64,000 nt of DNA from positions 7,914-71,913 of the forward strand of contig CAYHDV010000003.1 of assembly GCA_964355515.1 (NCBI GenBank). The letters are read 5' to 3'. Both the position numbers and the translations under genes were made by a program. Of this stretch, positions 26,930-37,531 are shown in pieces (the first letter of the stretch is position 1; each line of letters opens with the position of its first letter). Below the pieces are notes generated by a model that ran no database searches, was not told the DNA's origin, and saw only the letters and a list, made by a program, of their open reading frames with translations. Origin of the DNA: an uncultured Candidatus Saccharibacteria bacterium. Its GTDB lineage: Bacteria; Patescibacteriota; Minisyncoccia; Phycocordibacterales; CSBR16-119.

Positions 26930-28438
26930 ATGTCATTTTCTCGAGTATATTCAGCGCAACCTCATCTACTCAAAGGTGTTATTGTGACGATAGAGACTGA
27001 TCTATCCAGCGGGTCTCTACACGCTTTTACTATTGTTGGGCTTGGAGACAAAGCAGTCGACGAAGCCAAAGATAGGGTTTCCTCTGCAATAAAAAACTCT
27101 GATTTCAAATCTCCCAAAAAAGAGAATCTGAAAATTGTAATATCCCTCTCTCCAGCTGATATGAAAAAGGAAGGGTCATACTTTGATCTTGGGATTGCTC
27201 TCGGATACCTTCTCGCTCATGGAGATATATTGTTTGATCCTGAAAAAAAGATTTTTGTAGGAGAACTCGCTCTCGATGGTGAGGTGAAAGCTCTCAAGGG
27301 AATCCTACCCCTCGTAGAAACTGCAAAACGTGAGGGGTTCTTGGAAATATTTGTTCCCAAAGAAAATGAAGCAGAAGCAGGACTTGTGGAGGGTATTACG
27401 GTATATGGAGTAAAGAATTTACTAGAAGTAATTAATCATCTAAAAGATAGCAAAGAAAATCCTTATACTATTTTACCTACACCTCAGACTCTCATCGAAT
27501 TTAATCAGGATTCTTATTCTTTGGATTTTTCTGATGTAAAGGGCCAGGCGATGGCAAAGCGAGGGCTCGAAATAGCTGCTGCAGGTGGGCACAACATATG
27601 TATGTATGGACCACCCGGGACAGGAAAAACAATGCTCGCAAAACTCTTTACTACTATTCTTCCAAACTTATCCAAAGATGAAGTGCTGGAAGTGACAGGA
27701 ATACATTCTATTGCGGGTATAACAAATGGCGGACTGGTGACAAAGCCACCATTTAGATCTCCTCACCACACAAGCTCATATGTTTCACTTATTGGAGGTG
27801 GGTCAACTCCCAAACCTGGGGAGGTGACTCTTGCACACAAAGGAGTGTTATTTCTAGATGAGTTTCCAGAATTTGAAAAGCGGGTGCTCGAGAGTTTGAG
27901 ACAACCTCTCGAGGATAGGATGGTGACAGTTTCGCGAGCAAAGGGAACCGCGGTGTTTCCTACAAACTTTATTCTTGTTGCGGCAATGAATCCTCCAGAT
28001 AAAGATGCAACCTTCTTAGAAAAGTTAAGACAAAAGAAAAAAATATCTGGACCTATTATGGACCGAATCGACATGTGGGTAGAAGTAAGTGAGGTGGATT
28101 ATGATAAATTAAGTGAAGGAGGACGAGAGGGGGACTTGAGTGAAGATATACGAAAAAGAGTTTGGGGGGCTCGGGATATCCAGAAGAGAAGATTTAAGAA
28201 GGGGGACAAAACAAATAGCAGTATGAATGTCCGAGACCTGCACACACATGCAGAGCTGGAAGAAACAACAAAACAACTGCTAAACCAGTCTGCAGAAAAG
28301 CTTGGTCTCTCAGCCAGAGCCTACCATCGAGTAATCAAGCTCGCTCGAACAATTGCTGATTTAGACAAGAAGAATGTAATCGAAACTAACCATATTCTTG
28401 AGGCTCTTCAATATAGACCAAAAGATTTGTATGAGTAA
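26930..28438 (+). CDS. comM: ComM/YifB Mg-chelatase-like AAA+ ATPase
   Basis: GELALDG, AAAGGHN, GPPGTGKT, PFRSPHH, LAHKGVLFLDE, LSARAYHRVIKLARTIADL. Confidence 0.93.
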   Translation: MSFSRVYSAQPHLLKGVIVTIETDLSSGSLHAFTIVGLGDKAVDEAKDRVSSAIKNSDFKSPKKENLKIVISLSPADMKKEGSYFDLGIALGYLLAHGDILFDPEKKIFVGELALDGEVKALKGILPLVETAKREGFLEIFVPKENEAEAGLVEGITVYGVKNLLEVINHLKDSKENPYTILPTPQTLIEFNQDSYSLDFSDVKGQAMAKRGLEIAAAGGHNICMYGPPGTGKTMLAKLFTTILPNLSKDEVLEVTGIHSIAGITNGGLVTKPPFRSPHHTSSYVSLIGGGSTPKPGEVTLAHKGVLFLDEFPEFEKRVLESLRQPLEDRMVTVSRAKGTAVFPTNFILVAAMNPPDKDATFLEKLRQKKKISGPIMDRIDMWVEVSEVDYDKLSEGGREGDLSEDIRKRVWGARDIQKRRFKKGDKTNSSMNVRDLHTHAELEETTKQLLNQSAEKLGLSARAYHRVIKLARTIADLDKKNVIETNHILEALQYRPKDLYE

Positions 28439-28543
28439 TAATGGAAAAGCACGGCACCCAAAGGGTGCCGTGCTTTTACTCCCAGGGTATTGACATATTT
28501 ATCATTATATGTAATATAGTAATAAACATTTAAAAATTCCATA

Positions 28544-29344
28544 ATGAAAAAAACAGTCAATAAAAGGGCTCGAAAAGGTAATTTCACCCTAGTGGCCAGA
28601 AACCCAAGAGAGAAGGAGGTTCTAAAGACTGCTGGAAAAACTCTAATCAAAAACCTATTTGCAAAGAATGGGATAGATGGAAAACCGGTAATACGACCAA
28701 TAAAAGGCAAAGATGGTCATTTTCGAATCACCTTTCAAGTAGACAAATCTCAAAAAGAGAAAGTGGTGGGGTACGATACCTGTGACGCGGGTAATAGCTT
28801 ATTTATCTGGTCATTTACTTTTGCACTTTTTGGAGAGAGGCTTCCAGAACTGATAGAAACTTGGTCAAATACAAAACCGAGTACTTTTATAGACAAAGAA
28901 GGCCTGCTCTCGATTCTCATCAACACAGAGAATGAAGATGGTGAGGGTTTTCTCATGAAGAAGCTAGAAGAATCTGGTTTTAAGGTGAGAAAGAAAAATC
29001 GCGCCAAGAATGGAGATGGCAAGCCGGGCTGTGTTGTGACCATAGAAACTGGATACAAAACAACGAATCCAGTAAAGCAGGATCCCATTGGAATTGTGGG
29101 AAGCATCATCTCAAAACCCAGAACGATTCCTAAGGGTACTTCTGAAAAGGTAAGCTCAAAAATGCTCGAAGCGTTTGAAAAGACGGTTCTAATTTATCTT
29201 GATGGTTTACCCAAGAAGAAACAATTGGAACTGGGACTCAAACTTATCGAAGGCCAGAATATCGGCCTGTACCTAAATGACGATTCTGTTACACACATCA
29301 AGGGTACAGAGCAAGTCATTGTAACCCCTATTACCAAAGGGTAG
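28544..29344 (+). CDS. Orphan basic hypothetical protein
   Basis: 266-aa ORF with own TTGACA-16-TAATAT promoter and palindromic terminator 29351-29380. Confidence 0.7.
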   Translation: MKKTVNKRARKGNFTLVARNPREKEVLKTAGKTLIKNLFAKNGIDGKPVIRPIKGKDGHFRITFQVDKSQKEKVVGYDTCDAGNSLFIWSFTFALFGERLPELIETWSNTKPSTFIDKEGLLSILINTENEDGEGFLMKKLEESGFKVRKKNRAKNGDGKPGCVVTIETGYKTTNPVKQDPIGIVGSIISKPRTIPKGTSEKVSSKMLEAFEKTVLIYLDGLPKKKQLELGLKLIEGQNIGLYLNDDSVTHIKGTEQVIVTPITKG

Positions 29345-29438
29345 GTTTCAAATCGGAAGCACAATTGTGCTTCCGATTTTTTATTTCTTCCACAAAAAAG
29401 CCGAGAACTTTGTTCTCGGCTTTTTTAATATATTTATT

Positions 29439-30743
29439 TTAGTAGTTTCTATATGTATCGTAGAAAATGTTGTGATCCATTTGTTTTCCATTTGCGTCTC
29501 TTATTTCAAAGTGGACGTGTGGACCGGTCGCTCTTCCTGTTGATCCTACTGTTGCTATCACTTGTCCTTGAACTACTTTTTGACCAACTTTTACAAGGTT
29601 TTTTGTGTTGTGACCATAACGAGTGCTTGTGCCATCTTCGTGAGTAATGATTACATAGTTTCCATAGCCACCGTTGTATCCAGTCTTGCTTAGTGTTACT
29701 TCTCCTGCCTTCGCAGCGAGGACCTCTGTTCCACGGGCAGCTCCGATGTCTACTCCTCCATGGAAGTCCCCCTTGTAATAACCACTTCTACCAGCGAAAC
29801 TAGTGTTTCCGTACCCTTGAGTTACGATACCTCCATTTACTGGCCATATCCATGAACCAAGCTTGTCTTCAGATATTTGTGATGGTGCTGACAAAATAAC
29901 TTTTGCTTTTGCTGGAGTAGAGTTGGCTGTAGATTTTGATGGTGATGATACTGGCGCAACGATTGCTTGTTTACCACCTGGAATAAATATCTCATTACCA
30001 ATCTTCATTTCAGAATCTGAGATTTTGTTAAAGGTCTTTATGGTATCAACATCTCCAGCATGTTTTTTGGCAACAGTACTTAATGTATCTCCTTTTGCAA
30101 TCTTATAATAAACACCATCAACAGGAGGAATTTGAAGTTCTTGTCCGGCTCTCACATATTCTTTGGCTCCAATACTGTTCCGCCACCTTATTGTTTCTGT
30201 TTTTACCCCAAATTTGTCTGCAATGTCAGAAAGAGTGTCTCCAGGACGAACAACATAAAGACTCTCTTCTGTCCCTGAGGTAGATATATATTCACCCGGT
30301 AGAAGAGATAGTAGCCCTGATTCAGCGACAATAGAGGTCTCATCCTCGTTGAAGGTTATTTCTGGACCACCCTTGTCAGCATCTGGGTCAGGGGAAAGAG
30401 ACGCCTCCAAAAGAGGGATATTTTGAGAGTTATGATATGGGAACTGTTCTGCTTCCAGTTTTGTTACAAAAAGGTTTTGAACAAAAGAAAATACCCCAGC
30501 ATTGGTCATTGTGGGAACTAAGAATACCAAAAACGAGAATACTATTGTTTGAACAGTATGCGTGTTTAAAGTATAAAACCCTTTATATATATTCTGGATA
30601 TTCCCTCGGGAGGGAATTATCGTTTCAGAATCTTGTGAATTTGTAGTAATAAGCCTTTGTATTTTGGTTTTTCGAAGAATATCTGCAAAAACCACGGAGC
30701 AGTCTTGTTTTCGTCTATACATATATATGTATAGCAAACCCAA
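29439..30743 (-). CDS. LysM + M23 peptidase family protein (start uncertain)
   Basis: Two LysM repeats (YVVRPGDTLS, YKIAKGDTLS), HGGVD and HVHFE zinc motifs. Confidence 0.9.
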   Translation of the reverse strand: MGLLYIYMYRRKQDCSVVFADILRKTKIQRLITTNSQDSETIIPSRGNIQNIYKGFYTLNTHTVQTIVFSFLVFLVPTMTNAGVFSFVQNLFVTKLEAEQFPYHNSQNIPLLEASLSPDPDADKGGPEITFNEDETSIVAESGLLSLLPGEYISTSGTEESLYVVRPGDTLSDIADKFGVKTETIRWRNSIGAKEYVRAGQELQIPPVDGVYYKIAKGDTLSTVAKKHAGDVDTIKTFNKISDSEMKIGNEIFIPGGKQAIVAPVSSPSKSTANSTPAKAKVILSAPSQISEDKLGSWIWPVNGGIVTQGYGNTSFAGRSGYYKGDFHGGVDIGAARGTEVLAAKAGEVTLSKTGYNGGYGNYVIITHEDGTSTRYGHNTKNLVKVGQKVVQGQVIATVGSTGRATGPHVHFEIRDANGKQMDHNIFYDTYRNY

Positions 30744-30896
30744 GGCACCTCCTTTCCAGTCATATCTAATATGTTATACGAGGAGGGAGGGAAGTCAATA
30801 GGACTGGGGAAAAGAAGTGTGGTCTTATAATGATGCCAAAACCCCTCAAAAATTGTTATCAACAAGGGCCTTTTATCGCATGGTATTATTGATTTT

Positions 30897-32873
30897 ATGC
30901 AATATCTCGCCACTCTTAATGAAAAACAAAAAGAAGCGGTTCTCCACACAAAGGGGCCCCTGCTGATTCTTGCAGGGGCAGGAGCCGGGAAAACAAAGAC
31001 TCTTACACACAGAATCGCCCACCTTGTGCATGAAGGAGTGGCTCCCCACCAAATACTAGCGGTGACTTTTACAAACAAAGCTGCCAAAGAAATGCGGGAC
31101 CGGGTTTCTGAAATTCTCTCATATGACACCCTCCTGGGTAGGGGACTTCCTTTTATTTCTACTTTTCACTCACTTGGGGTGCATATTATAAAAAACAACC
31201 CAGCGGTCTTTGGCACAAAGAAACATTTTTCAATTCTTGACCAAAAAGACGCTCTTCGGCTAATAAAAGAGTCCCTCACAGAATCAGGTCTAGATCCAAA
31301 AGAATTTGAGCCCAAAAAAGCAATGTCTATTATTTCAAGACAAAAAAATCTAGGGAATACTGTTCTTGAACTCCGAAATAATGCTCAATCAGCAATAGAA
31401 GAATTGATTGTGGAGGTGTGGGAAAAATATGAAAAAAAGAAAAAGAAAGAAGATGCATTTGATTTTGATGATCTTCTTATTTTGCCGATGAGAGCTCTCG
31501 AAGAAAACAAGCTACTTCGAGATTTTTATCGAGAAACATGGAAGTATATCCATATTGATGAATATCAAGATACAAATGAGGTCCAGTATCGGATAGCACT
31601 TTGTCTTACCGGACCAGAAAAAAATATCTGCGTGGTGGGAGACGGTGACCAAAACATTTACAGTTGGAGAGGGGCTAATCTAAAAAATATTTTAAACTTT
31701 GAACATGACTTCCATGGGGCACATACCGTTCTTCTCGAGCAAAACTATCGCTCAACAAAAAATATTCTTTCTGTTGCAAATACGATAATCGAGAAAAATA
31801 CAAAACGAAAAAAGAAAACTCTCTTCACAGAAAATGAGGTCGGAGAAAAGATACACTACTACACAGCCAGAAATGAATGGGATGAAGCTCGCTTCGTGGG
31901 GGAGTGTGCAGAGGGTCTTATAGAAAAAGAAGGTGTAGACCCAAAAGACATTGCTGTTTTGTATAGAGCAAATTTCCAATCTCGAGTTCTCGAAGAATCA
32001 ATGCTTTCTCTATCGATTCCCTATACCGTTCTTGGGGTGAAGTTTTTTGATAGAAAAGAAGTGAGAGATGTTCTCTCTTATATCAAGGCGGCACTAAACA
32101 AAGACAGCCTTTCTGATATTGCAAGAATTATAAATTTCCCAAAAAGAGGACTTGGAAAGGTTACTCTTATAAAGCTCTTTGCCGGGGAAATGTCTAGCCT
32201 CCCCCTAAAAACCCAATTAAAAATACAAGATTTTTATAATACTTTAGAAAAAATAAAAGAAGTTTTGGAGAACTCTGAGCCGAGCGCTGGTGTGCTATAC
32301 GCAATACAAAAAAGTGGAATTGAAAATGAATACAAAACAAGTGGAACAGAAGACGATTTTGAAAGATTAGAGAACATAAAAGAGCTTATAACTTTTGCAA
32401 AAAAATATGATGGCACAGAAGACGGATTGAGTAAGCTTCTAGAAGATGCAATGCTCGCAAGTGATCAAGATACACTGACCTTGGAGGAAAAACAATCCAA
32501 GCACGCCGTGAAGCTGATGACTGTTCATTCCTCAAAAGGGCTTGAGTTTCCACATGTATTTATTGTTGGTCTCGAGCAAGATTTATTCCCGCATAGGAGA
32601 GATGGGTCGCAGACTGTTGAGGAGTCTGAGGAAGAGAGGCGACTATTTTATGTAGCACTCACTCGTGGAGAAAAGAGGGTTTATATTTCAAGAGCGATCA
32701 TGCGAACGATTTTTGGAGAGACTAAACTTCAGTATCCTTCAGAATTTATTACAGATATCCCAGAAGAGCTTCTTGAGACAAGTCAGTACGAAGAATCATT
32801 TGAAAGAAATACTGACAGGCGAGGTGGGGGTGGAGGAGATTCATTTTTTGATTCTATTGTATATCTTGATTAA
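30897..32873 (+). CDS. pcrA: PcrA/UvrD ATP-dependent DNA helicase
   Basis: AGAGAGKT, TFTNKAA, DEYQD, GDGDQNIYSWRGA, NYRST, TVHSSKGLEF, EERRLFYVA. Confidence 0.96.
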   Translation: MQYLATLNEKQKEAVLHTKGPLLILAGAGAGKTKTLTHRIAHLVHEGVAPHQILAVTFTNKAAKEMRDRVSEILSYDTLLGRGLPFISTFHSLGVHIIKNNPAVFGTKKHFSILDQKDALRLIKESLTESGLDPKEFEPKKAMSIISRQKNLGNTVLELRNNAQSAIEELIVEVWEKYEKKKKKEDAFDFDDLLILPMRALEENKLLRDFYRETWKYIHIDEYQDTNEVQYRIALCLTGPEKNICVVGDGDQNIYSWRGANLKNILNFEHDFHGAHTVLLEQNYRSTKNILSVANTIIEKNTKRKKKTLFTENEVGEKIHYYTARNEWDEARFVGECAEGLIEKEGVDPKDIAVLYRANFQSRVLEESMLSLSIPYTVLGVKFFDRKEVRDVLSYIKAALNKDSLSDIARIINFPKRGLGKVTLIKLFAGEMSSLPLKTQLKIQDFYNTLEKIKEVLENSEPSAGVLYAIQKSGIENEYKTSGTEDDFERLENIKELITFAKKYDGTEDGLSKLLEDAMLASDQDTLTLEEKQSKHAVKLMTVHSSKGLEFPHVFIVGLEQDLFPHRRDGSQTVEESEEERRLFYVALTRGEKRVYISRAIMRTIFGETKLQYPSEFITDIPEELLETSQYEESFERNTDRRGGGGGDSFFDSIVYLD

Positions 32874-32894
32874 ACGCTGTAATCTAGATAAAGT

Positions 32895-33674
32895 ATGAAG
32901 CCCAAAAAATCACTCGGACAAAATTTTCTTAAATCAAAACAAGCGTTGATGGCTATTTGCAATGCTGGAGAACTCAAAAAAGAAGATAGGGTGCTTGAGA
33001 TAGGTCCAGGGAAAGGCGCGCTGACAAAGTTTCTTCTAGAGCAATCAAACAATGTCTTTGCCTTGGAAAAAGACACTGAACTTATCCCTTTTCTTTCTGA
33101 AAAATTTGAAGAAGAAATCAAGAAAGGGTTTTTGAAAATACAAGAAGGTGATGTGCTAACTTTTGATGAGATAGAAGTCCAAGCTCCTTACAAGCTCATA
33201 GCAAATATCCCTTACTATATAACAGGAGAAATTATGGAAAAATTTCTTTCAAGCAAAAACCAACCCGAGAGAATCGTTTTCCTAATGCAAAAAGAAGTGG
33301 TGGATAGAATTATGGCAAGAGATGGCAAGGAATCCATCCTTTCTATGAGCGTCAAAGCCTATGGAACCCCCAAATATATCCAAAAAGTCCAAGCAAAAGC
33401 CTTTAATCCTGCACCAAAAGTTGACTCTGCTATACTAGCGATAGCTAATATATCCAAAAAAAGATTCACAAATGTAAGTGAAAAAGCCTTTTTTAACACC
33501 CTTAAAACAGGTTTCGCCCACAAAAGAAAGCAGCTAATCAACAATCTTGAAAAACTAACCTCTAAAGAGGTTCTTAATTCTCTGTTTAATGAGCTAAAGC
33601 TAGATCCAAAGGTCAGAGCAGAGTCACTCACACTAGACCAATGGCTCTTTCTAGCGAAAAACTTATCTCTTTAA
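32895..33674 (+). CDS. rsmA: 16S rRNA m6,2A dimethyltransferase
   Basis: KKSLGQNFL, EIGPGKGALT, ANIPYYIT, PAPKVDSA. Confidence 0.97.
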   Translation: MKPKKSLGQNFLKSKQALMAICNAGELKKEDRVLEIGPGKGALTKFLLEQSNNVFALEKDTELIPFLSEKFEEEIKKGFLKIQEGDVLTFDEIEVQAPYKLIANIPYYITGEIMEKFLSSKNQPERIVFLMQKEVVDRIMARDGKESILSMSVKAYGTPKYIQKVQAKAFNPAPKVDSAILAIANISKKRFTNVSEKAFFNTLKTGFAHKRKQLINNLEKLTSKEVLNSLFNELKLDPKVRAESLTLDQWLFLAKNLSL

Positions 33675-33760
33675 GGCTGGCCCAAGTCTCATTTCTCCTC
33701 ACTTTCTAGATGTTAATTTCTTTGCAAAGAAGAAATTTTTTAGTGTTATACTATTTTTAT

Positions 33761-34141
33761 ATGAAAACAACTGTAAAACATGGAATCTTTCTTGTCTCAC
33801 TTTTCGCATCTATTGGAATGATGCTTTTTAGCCATTATGCGTATGCCGCTTACGATAGACCTTTTGGATCAAGATTAAAATATGAATATCGTCCACCATT
33901 CTTCTGCCAGTCACAATATGGACCACTTTTACACACTCCAACTGGTAATAGTTTCGAGCCATCAGGCCTGGGGGAATATGGACCATCATCAGAACATGTA
34001 ACAGGATCAATCAAGCCAGATGTTCAAATCTTAGGGCTCTATAGCCCAACGCCATCACAAAACTGCTATATGCAAATCGGTCCATATCGATACACAGTTG
34101 AAACAACAATATTTACATACTTTGGAACAAGTCGTCTTTAA
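33761..34141 (+). CDS. Small secreted hypothetical protein
   Basis: Signal peptide ending AYA-A; TATACT 8 nt before ATG. Confidence 0.7.
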   Translation: MKTTVKHGIFLVSLFASIGMMLFSHYAYAAYDRPFGSRLKYEYRPPFFCQSQYGPLLHTPTGNSFEPSGLGEYGPSSEHVTGSIKPDVQILGLYSPTPSQNCYMQIGPYRYTVETTIFTYFGTSRL

Positions 34142-34156
34142 TAAGAAGATTATTTT

Positions 34157-35041
34157 ATGAATATAAGAGAAAGCCTTCCAAGTAAAAAGTTTCAAAAAAT
34201 AGCACTCGTTGTCATAATTCTTTCTGTTGTTTTCATTTTTATATCTATTAAAAAACCTTTTTCTGGCGGGGGATACGTCCAAAAAATATTTAAGGGAGAG
34301 GTAGAAACAGTAACTATCGGGTCTATTGTTTACAAAGATACAGATGGTGATGGGTTGTTTGACTGGGAGGAGTCTCTTTGGGGGACAGATCCTGAGAAAT
34401 CTGATACAGATGGTGACGGTATTAGTGATAAAGAAGAGGTAGACAAAAAACGACCAGAAACAAGTGAAGGGGGCGATGAATCTCTGACCGAAACATCCTT
34501 ACTCGCAAGAGATCTTTTTAGTACAATAGTTTCTCTAAAACAAAACAACAGCCTTACAGAAGAAAATCTAGAAAGCATAGCAAACCAACTCGCTGGTTCC
34601 ATAAATTCTGCAACATATGATACATACACGTTAGACTCTCTTATTGTTGTAGACTCAAACAACAATTCTTTTATCAAATATTTCAAAGAAACTGATAAAA
34701 TATTTCTAGCCTCGAAAAATAGTCATATTGGGGAAGAGCTTTCTGTCTTAACTGATTTCATTGAAGACCCTACCTCAAATCAATCAAAATTGGAGGTAAT
34801 CATATCTGAATACAAAAAAATTTCATCTGATCTAAGTAAGTTGGATATTCCTGAATCTATATCTAAGGATCATCTAGCTCTTATTAATACCTACGATAAG
34901 ATAGCTCAGTCAATCGAAGAATTCCTGTATATCAATGATGACCCTCTACGAACCTTATCTGGCCTATCAAACTATGAAAGATATTCAACTAATATACTAG
35001 ATATATTTAAGAGGATAGACAGCTATTATCTACCTCAATAA
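34157..35041 (+). CDS. Membrane-anchored protein with DxDGDG calcium-binding-like repeats
   Basis: TM helix, DTDGDGLFDWEE...GTDP...DTDGDG. Confidence 0.75.
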   Translation: MNIRESLPSKKFQKIALVVIILSVVFIFISIKKPFSGGGYVQKIFKGEVETVTIGSIVYKDTDGDGLFDWEESLWGTDPEKSDTDGDGISDKEEVDKKRPETSEGGDESLTETSLLARDLFSTIVSLKQNNSLTEENLESIANQLAGSINSATYDTYTLDSLIVVDSNNNSFIKYFKETDKIFLASKNSHIGEELSVLTDFIEDPTSNQSKLEVIISEYKKISSDLSKLDIPESISKDHLALINTYDKIAQSIEEFLYINDDPLRTLSGLSNYERYSTNILDIFKRIDSYYLPQ

Positions 35042-35058
35042 GTGTTATAATTATTTTT

Positions 35059-37422
35059 ATGGAAATATCTATCTACAAAACAAAAATTACACTACTACTT
35101 ATTATTCTAAGTATTCTTATTTTTCCAACAATAACCCGTGCTCAAATAAATGCACAAGGAATTGGTGCCCTAATCATCCAATGTGCCACAGCGACAGCTG
35201 CGAACCAAGAAGAGGGTGCATCTTCAATGTCTACAGTAGAACAAAGAAGGGTTGCAACCACTGAAAATAATGCAAAAAAACTAGCCAAGAAAGAGGCCTG
35301 TTCTGATGCGATAGCAAAATATACAATGGGGCAACTTCTCTCAAAGCTGACCCAAGAAACCCTAAACTGGATCAATGGTGGCTTCAAAGGGAATCCTTCA
35401 TACCTGCAAAATCCAGAGGCTTATCTGAAATCAATTGCTAACCAAGAAAGAACTCAGCTTCTGAGTCTCTTGGGAAATGACCCGGTGAACTTCCCTTATG
35501 GGCGAGCTGCTATGCAGGCGATGGTGAATAGAGAACTAAATAAAGGCTTTAGTGGTTTTGCACAAAGGGCTAAATATACTCTAAATAGCTATGTCCCAAC
35601 AGGAAATGCGGCAGACTTTCATAGAGATTTCCGAATCGGGGGGTGGGACGCATTTTTCGCTCAATCATTTCAACAACAAAACAATCCTGTAGGATTTGCA
35701 CTTCTTGCTTCAGAAGAGGAGGCTCGGAGAACAGCGGGGGATGATCTAAACAAATTACAACTAGCACAGAAAGAGCTCGACCAGAATAGTGGGTTCTTAA
35801 ATAACAAACTTTGCTCAGAGTCTTACCATCCATCAGGAGAATACGAACCACCAGAAACTACAAACGACGGTATATTTACAGAAGCAGATTGGATCGCTAT
35901 AGCAAATGATCCAAACAGAACAGAGGCAGAGAGAATTGACGCAAAAAGACATATTTGTAAAACATGGGTAACAAAAACCCCTGGAACGCTTATTGCTCAC
36001 GCCTTAAACAAAACAGTTATTGACGTTCCTTTGGATCAAACAATTTTTGCAGATGAAATAAACGAATCCCTAAATACGGTATTCGCAGCTCTTCTTACTC
36101 AGACATTCCAGAATGGGACAAAGACACTTCAGGGTGGAATAGCCTCACTACAGGAAGAGGCAAATAGTTTCAGTCTTGGGTCAATCGGGCTTGGGGATAT
36201 ACTCTTTGATCCTGGATCAGCAATAGGACAAGGATTAAGTGGTGCTTCAACATACTTTGGAGGAATAGGAGAGAACACTGAGAATATACAGACAACACAG
36301 GGGAGTCTTACTGGCTGGTTAAACCAAGGACAAGAATTCGATATCTACAACCAACTTCCTTACATTATATACTTACAGAAAAAATATATCGGTGACCCAT
36401 CTGCCGTACTACCTCAAGGTATCGATCAAGATACAGGACAGCCTTTTATTGATCCCACCCCAGGTTTCAATGGTGTTCTTTCTCAAAATCAAGCCCTTCG
36501 AAATAGCATCATACAAAGTGAATTACTTGATGTCTGCATACCTGGACCAAACCCAACATTTGAACAAAAGATATTCGAAAAAATACAATCCGGTGAAGAG
36601 GATATACGAGAAACCCTTGCGACATCAACTCAAGTTGCAAGCTTCCTATCTCCTTCGGGAAGTGTTGTTGGTAAGATGACAGAGGCCTCAGAGCAAGCAA
36701 TTCAACTTCTTTATAAGGTTGGAAAGGAGCTAACCCAAAAAATAAAAGATAAGTATAGGACAGATCAACTAGGAAATATGCCAACCGTTACCAATACAGC
36801 ATATAAAGAATTGGTAAAAATTGATAAATATCAAAATATTATCTTAGAGAACCAAGAAAAAGTAGAAGAGATTCAAACATTACTTAGAAATCTAGAGTAC
36901 CTACAAACACGAATAAATTCTCTTAGGGATCAGGTGGAAAGCGGAGTAGTGTCACCAGAGGTTGCAAGCACTGAGGCCTCCGTACTTGTAAATACATTTT
37001 ATGAAGTTGCCCCAGATGCAATAAAAGCTGAAGATCTTATCGAGCTTCGTTCTGTCGCTGAGGTTGCTCTGGGTAATATAGCCTACATCAATACCCTTAC
37101 AGATGCTTGCTGGGAAGAAAGAAATGATCCTGGTTATACTGGAGAAATTAATCAAGTTCCATATAGTTCAATATCAGGGAATACCTTGTACGGTATTGGC
37201 TCAGGAAATACCGCTCACTTCTTAAGCCCTGGGGTTACACTTGATTATGGTACTGATTTTGGTTCAATATTGAATCAAATAACCTTTATTTCAACAGGGG
37301 GTATCGCTGGATCACTAAGTACATTTACAATACTCCAGACTCTTGACTGGTTCGGCTCTGGAGACTTCGATGGATTTAATGTAAATAGCAACTGGTTTGA
37401 AGATTGGACAAATATTCAGTAA
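35059..37422 (+). CDS. Large secreted hypothetical protein in the T4SS-like locus
   Basis: Signal peptide; helical/coiled-coil segments with scattered Cys. Confidence 0.75.
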   Translation: MEISIYKTKITLLLIILSILIFPTITRAQINAQGIGALIIQCATATAANQEEGASSMSTVEQRRVATTENNAKKLAKKEACSDAIAKYTMGQLLSKLTQETLNWINGGFKGNPSYLQNPEAYLKSIANQERTQLLSLLGNDPVNFPYGRAAMQAMVNRELNKGFSGFAQRAKYTLNSYVPTGNAADFHRDFRIGGWDAFFAQSFQQQNNPVGFALLASEEEARRTAGDDLNKLQLAQKELDQNSGFLNNKLCSESYHPSGEYEPPETTNDGIFTEADWIAIANDPNRTEAERIDAKRHICKTWVTKTPGTLIAHALNKTVIDVPLDQTIFADEINESLNTVFAALLTQTFQNGTKTLQGGIASLQEEANSFSLGSIGLGDILFDPGSAIGQGLSGASTYFGGIGENTENIQTTQGSLTGWLNQGQEFDIYNQLPYIIYLQKKYIGDPSAVLPQGIDQDTGQPFIDPTPGFNGVLSQNQALRNSIIQSELLDVCIPGPNPTFEQKIFEKIQSGEEDIRETLATSTQVASFLSPSGSVVGKMTEASEQAIQLLYKVGKELTQKIKDKYRTDQLGNMPTVTNTAYKELVKIDKYQNIILENQEKVEEIQTLLRNLEYLQTRINSLRDQVESGVVSPEVASTEASVLVNTFYEVAPDAIKAEDLIELRSVAEVALGNIAYINTLTDACWEERNDPGYTGEINQVPYSSISGNTLYGIGSGNTAHFLSPGVTLDYGTDFGSILNQITFISTGGIAGSLSTFTILQTLDWFGSGDFDGFNVNSNWFEDWTNIQ

Positions 37423-37531
37423 ACCTGAAAACAAAAATACCCTAACTGGGTATTTTTGTTTTAGCTGGCTTGCAGTTTTGCACAAAAACAAATAGGGAAG
37501 GGCACGAAAGCTGATATACTTTAGACATAAC

